Positions 36,516-39,235 of a stretch of DNA of 39,235 bases are shown in pieces. A model generated the notes under the pieces. The model did not search any database. It had not been told where the DNA came from and was given only the letters and a program-made list of their open reading frames with translations. A program made the translations under genes and the position numbers. This DNA comes from Abditibacteriaceae bacterium (GTDB taxonomy: Bacteria > Armatimonadota > Abditibacteriia > Abditibacteriales > Abditibacteriaceae), in the NCBI GenBank assembly GCA_031372065.1, contig JANMKN010000070.1:1-39235 (forward strand), given 5' to 3'. Numbering within the stretch: position 1 is the stretch's first letter; every line of letters starts with the position of its first letter.

Positions 36516-37694
36516 TTATGTCAGCACTTCGCGGTAAATATCGCGCACACGATTGGCGCTGTCGGAGATATGGAATTTTTGAATCACGGTTTGCCGTGCG
36601 TTTCTTTGCAGATGCGCGCGCAGTTCTTTGTCTTGCAGAATGCGACGCATAGCATGGGCGAGACTGTCGTTTTCATTCGGCGCGGCCAGAAGGCCATCTT
36701 GTTCATTCGTAATGATTTCCATTGGGCCAGCCGCGCCGTAGGCAACTACAGGTTTTTCCAGCGCCATACCTTCGATTAAAACGCGGCCAAATGGTTCTTC
36801 GCGCGACGGCAAAACTATGCAATCCAGCGACGAAAGCGCCGCCACATTGTCGCTTTGATGCGGAATAAAGTTAAAGCGCTCTTGCAAATTATGATGTTTC
36901 ACAAGGGCGCGCAGTTCGGAAACATAGCTTTGTTGTTCACCCCATAAATCACCGCCGATAATCACAAAACGCGCGGTAGCACAGGCTTCGTCCTCGCACA
37001 ATTGCGCGGCGGCTTCGATAAATGCCGCGTGATTTTTCCACGGCACCAATTGCGTGACGCAGCCAAACAAAAACGTGTCATCAGACAGGCCCAGTGATTC
37101 CCGCAAATGGCTGCGCTCGCGTGGGCGCCATTCATCGGTGTCAATGCCGTTGGGAATAATGCGCACTTTTTCGGGTGGCACGCCATCGTTTTGCAATCCT
37201 TGCGCGACGGCGCCGGAAATGGCAATGACCCAAGCGGCGCGATCTGCCAAGCCACGTCCAATGCGGGAAAGTGAAACTAAATCGCGGACGTGCCAAATAG
37301 CGGGGACATCGGCTTTTTGAGCGGCTAATCCGGCCACCAAATGCGCTGTCGTGGAATTGGAATGAATCAATTGCGCGCCGGTTTGCTTAACCAATTTGGT
37401 GATAAAAGGCGCCGTTCGCGTAACGTGAATCAATGTGGCGAGACCGGAAACGATATTTTGGGGGCGTTGGATGCGACGCAAGGGCGCAAAGGTCACGTTA
37501 AATTCTTCTTCACGCAACAAATCCGCAAATGGGCCAGCACCGGGCAGGCCAATGATCGGATCAATTTCGGCGTTTTCGCGGCGAAATTGCCACAATAACG
37601 AGCGCAGCGATTGCTCGGCACCGCTGACTTGTCCCGAATGGTTCAAATACAGCACGCTTAATTTCTTGCCATCAGTTCCGCGTGAAGCCCCCAT
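36516..37694 (-). CDS. Glycosyltransferase family 4 (GT-B)
   Basis: SGAE, IPNGID, WKNH, EPFGRVLIEGMA (EX7E); GGAGG RBS. Confidence 0.92.
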   Translation of the reverse strand: MGASRGTDGKKLSVLYLNHSGQVSGAEQSLRSLLWQFRRENAEIDPIIGLPGAGPFADLLREEEFNVTFAPLRRIQRPQNIVSGLATLIHVTRTAPFITKLVKQTGAQLIHSNSTTAHLVAGLAAQKADVPAIWHVRDLVSLSRIGRGLADRAAWVIAISGAVAQGLQNDGVPPEKVRIIPNGIDTDEWRPRERSHLRESLGLSDDTFLFGCVTQLVPWKNHAAFIEAAAQLCEDEACATARFVIIGGDLWGEQQSYVSELRALVKHHNLQERFNFIPHQSDNVAALSSLDCIVLPSREEPFGRVLIEGMALEKPVVAYGAAGPMEIITNEQDGLLAAPNENDSLAHAMRRILQDKELRAHLQRNARQTVIQKFHISDSANRVRDIYREVLT

Positions 37695-37711
37695 GAAACC
37701 TCCGATTTAGC

Positions 37712-37759
37712 TGTAAATGCAAAATGAAAAAACACTTGTTTTTTCATTTTGCATTTACA
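37712..37759. repeat. Perfect 23-bp AT-rich hairpin with heptamer-like units
   Basis: TGTAAATGCAAAATGAAAAAACA-CT-TGTTTTTTCATTTTGCATTTACA. Confidence 0.85.
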
Positions 37760-37762
37760 ATT

Positions 37763-38008
37763 TTACTGCCGACTTTGCACAAATTCGGCGATGGAATTGA
37801 CAGTGCGAAAGGTGTCAATTTGGAAATCTACATCGTCCATCACCACGCCAAACTCATCCTCCAAGCCGACGACAAGTTCAAATAACTGTACGGAATCTAT
37901 GCTGTAAGTTTCCATCAGCGGCGCATCATTGGGAATTTGGTCGGGTTCAACGTGCAAAAATAACCGTTCGACGATCATTTGCTTGATCTGCGGTTTCAAC
38001 TCATCCAT
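37763..38008 (-). CDS. Acyl carrier protein
   Basis: Small and acidic, IDSV phosphopantetheine site, LEDEFGV, F.TV..IAEFV; ATG 38008 with AAGGA RBS. Confidence 0.9.
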   Translation of the reverse strand: MDELKPQIKQMIVERLFLHVEPDQIPNDAPLMETYSIDSVQLFELVVGLEDEFGVVMDDVDFQIDTFRTVNSIAEFVQSRQ

Positions 38009-38042
38009 TTTATTCAATCCTTTTCAAAAAGTCCGTTAAGTC

Positions 38043-38813
38043 TCAGCGAATTTGCAGTGCGTTGGGTAGCAGCATTAGACACACGCACGTCCAGACAGTG
38101 CCGATGAGAAAGCCGCCCATCACATCAGAAGGAAAATGCACACGCAGATAAATGCGGCTCAGTCCGGTCAGTAAAACAATGGCGCAAGCCACAAAACCCA
38201 AGGTAATCACTACGTTTTGCGAGGCCCCACTCATTTGCGCCGCTACAGGCACAAAGGCCCAAAAGCAAAACGAGGTCAGCGAGTGTCCCGAAGGAAATGA
38301 AGGGTCTTTAATTAGCTTATAACCAAAGTCGCCTTTTTGCAGCGGCGGCCTTTGGCGCCGGAAAACGCGCTTCAAAACAAACGAAAGCAACATTGACCCG
38401 CTGTAACACAAGCCCGGCAGTAACCAAACCGCTGCGCGATGCGAATCGAAGACTCCTGAACCCATTTCGTGCCGATAAGCGACCAAAGGCACCACCAATG
38501 AAGCGGTGATGAGCGATGGAGCCGACGCAAAGTTGGTCCAAAAGCGGAAAAACCATGTCAAAATCACACGTTCGCGGCGCAAAATCTCGTCTTCGTGTTC
38601 GTGTGAACCAAAGCGCACGCGATGTGCTCGTGCGCGCACAGTGCGATCAATGTGCAAAGCGCGCTCTTTCAAGCGCGGTTTCGAGAAAAAAAACAAAATA
38701 ACCAGCGCCACGCAGGTCGCCAGCCATGACACCACGAAAATACCCAAAATACTGGCGATATTAAGAAAAAGAAAAGGCGGAAAACCTCTGTCCGTATCCA
38801 CAAATGTAAACAC
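38043..38813 (-). CDS. PAP2 family phosphatase (undecaprenyl-diphosphatase-like)
   Basis: KRVFRRQRP, SFPSGHS, SRIYLRVHFPSDV. Confidence 0.92.
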   Translation of the reverse strand: MFTFVDTDRGFPPFLFLNIASILGIFVVSWLATCVALVILFFFSKPRLKERALHIDRTVRARAHRVRFGSHEHEDEILRRERVILTWFFRFWTNFASAPSLITASLVVPLVAYRHEMGSGVFDSHRAAVWLLPGLCYSGSMLLSFVLKRVFRRQRPPLQKGDFGYKLIKDPSFPSGHSLTSFCFWAFVPVAAQMSGASQNVVITLGFVACAIVLLTGLSRIYLRVHFPSDVMGGFLIGTVWTCVCLMLLPNALQIR

Positions 38814-38828
38814 AAAATGCCTTTCCTC

Positions 38829-39235
38829 TTACTCTGAAAGTTTTTGCCAATTGACTTCGGCGATGCTCTTTTTGGGCAAGATTTGCCATTGCGCTTCGGT
38901 TTCGGAAGGGCCAGCTTCGGCGCGAAATTGTTCTCCCCAGCGCTTTTTGAACAGAATTCCGTTCTTGGTGGTGACGTATTTGAAATTAATATCGTCGCTG
39001 CCTGCTGTGGTGGTGTGTTCAAAATGATACAACTCAACGGCAGGATATGTCCACACCTGCGTGCCAGCCTCACGGGCGCGGTAGCAAAAATCCAAATCCT
39101 CATATTGCACCGGCGAATACGCGTCGTCTAAGGCGCCGATAGCATCCACAAGGCGCCTTGTCATCAGCCACGCGGCGGAAATGGCACATTGCACTTGCTG
39201 CGGCTCTGTTATTGCATCGCGCGCTTCGCCGCGCC
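38829..39235 (-). CDS. Glycosyltransferase family 2, C-terminal part (5'-truncated by the window edge)
   Basis: IGALD..Y...YEDLDFCYRAREAG...H.E; frame is open to the window end. Confidence 0.85.
   Translation of the reverse strand, partial: RGEARDAITEPQQVQCAISAAWLMTRRLVDAIGALDDAYSPVQYEDLDFCYRAREAGTQVWTYPAVELYHFEHTTTAGSDDINFKYVTTKNGILFKKRWGEQFRAEAGPSETEAQWQILPKKSIAEVNWQKLSE

Overview
Bacterial chromosomal window. An Armatimonadota/Abditibacteriota-like origin is my inference from gene content and is not proven. The left part (1-12888) is a conserved housekeeping backbone: tadA, rpsO, pnp, M16 peptidase, dapB, asd, dapA, udg, rnj, with small accessory genes in between. The middle holds a GH26 hydrolase, an inserted nucleotidyltransferase gene flanked by a diverged duplicate of the GH26 3' end, and an accessory block: a NACHT/STAND NTPase with pentapeptide repeats, then nine 20-21 bp G-rich direct repeats, then an uncharacterised helical protein. 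Next come a PhyH-type dioxygenase, thiD, an SDR and an MFS transporter. The right part holds two paralogous secreted proteins, a 1645-aa S8 protease, a ~550 bp zone of nested palindromes containing a MITE with a 9-bp target duplication, a CHASE2 histidine kinase paired with a pilin-like/FecR fusion, and a GT2-PAP2-ACP-GT4 cluster. Many intergenic spacers are palindromes built from 7-, 10- or 21-bp periodic units. No rRNA, tRNA, CRISPR array or transposase gene was seen. All calls come from motifs read by eye; no database searches were run.
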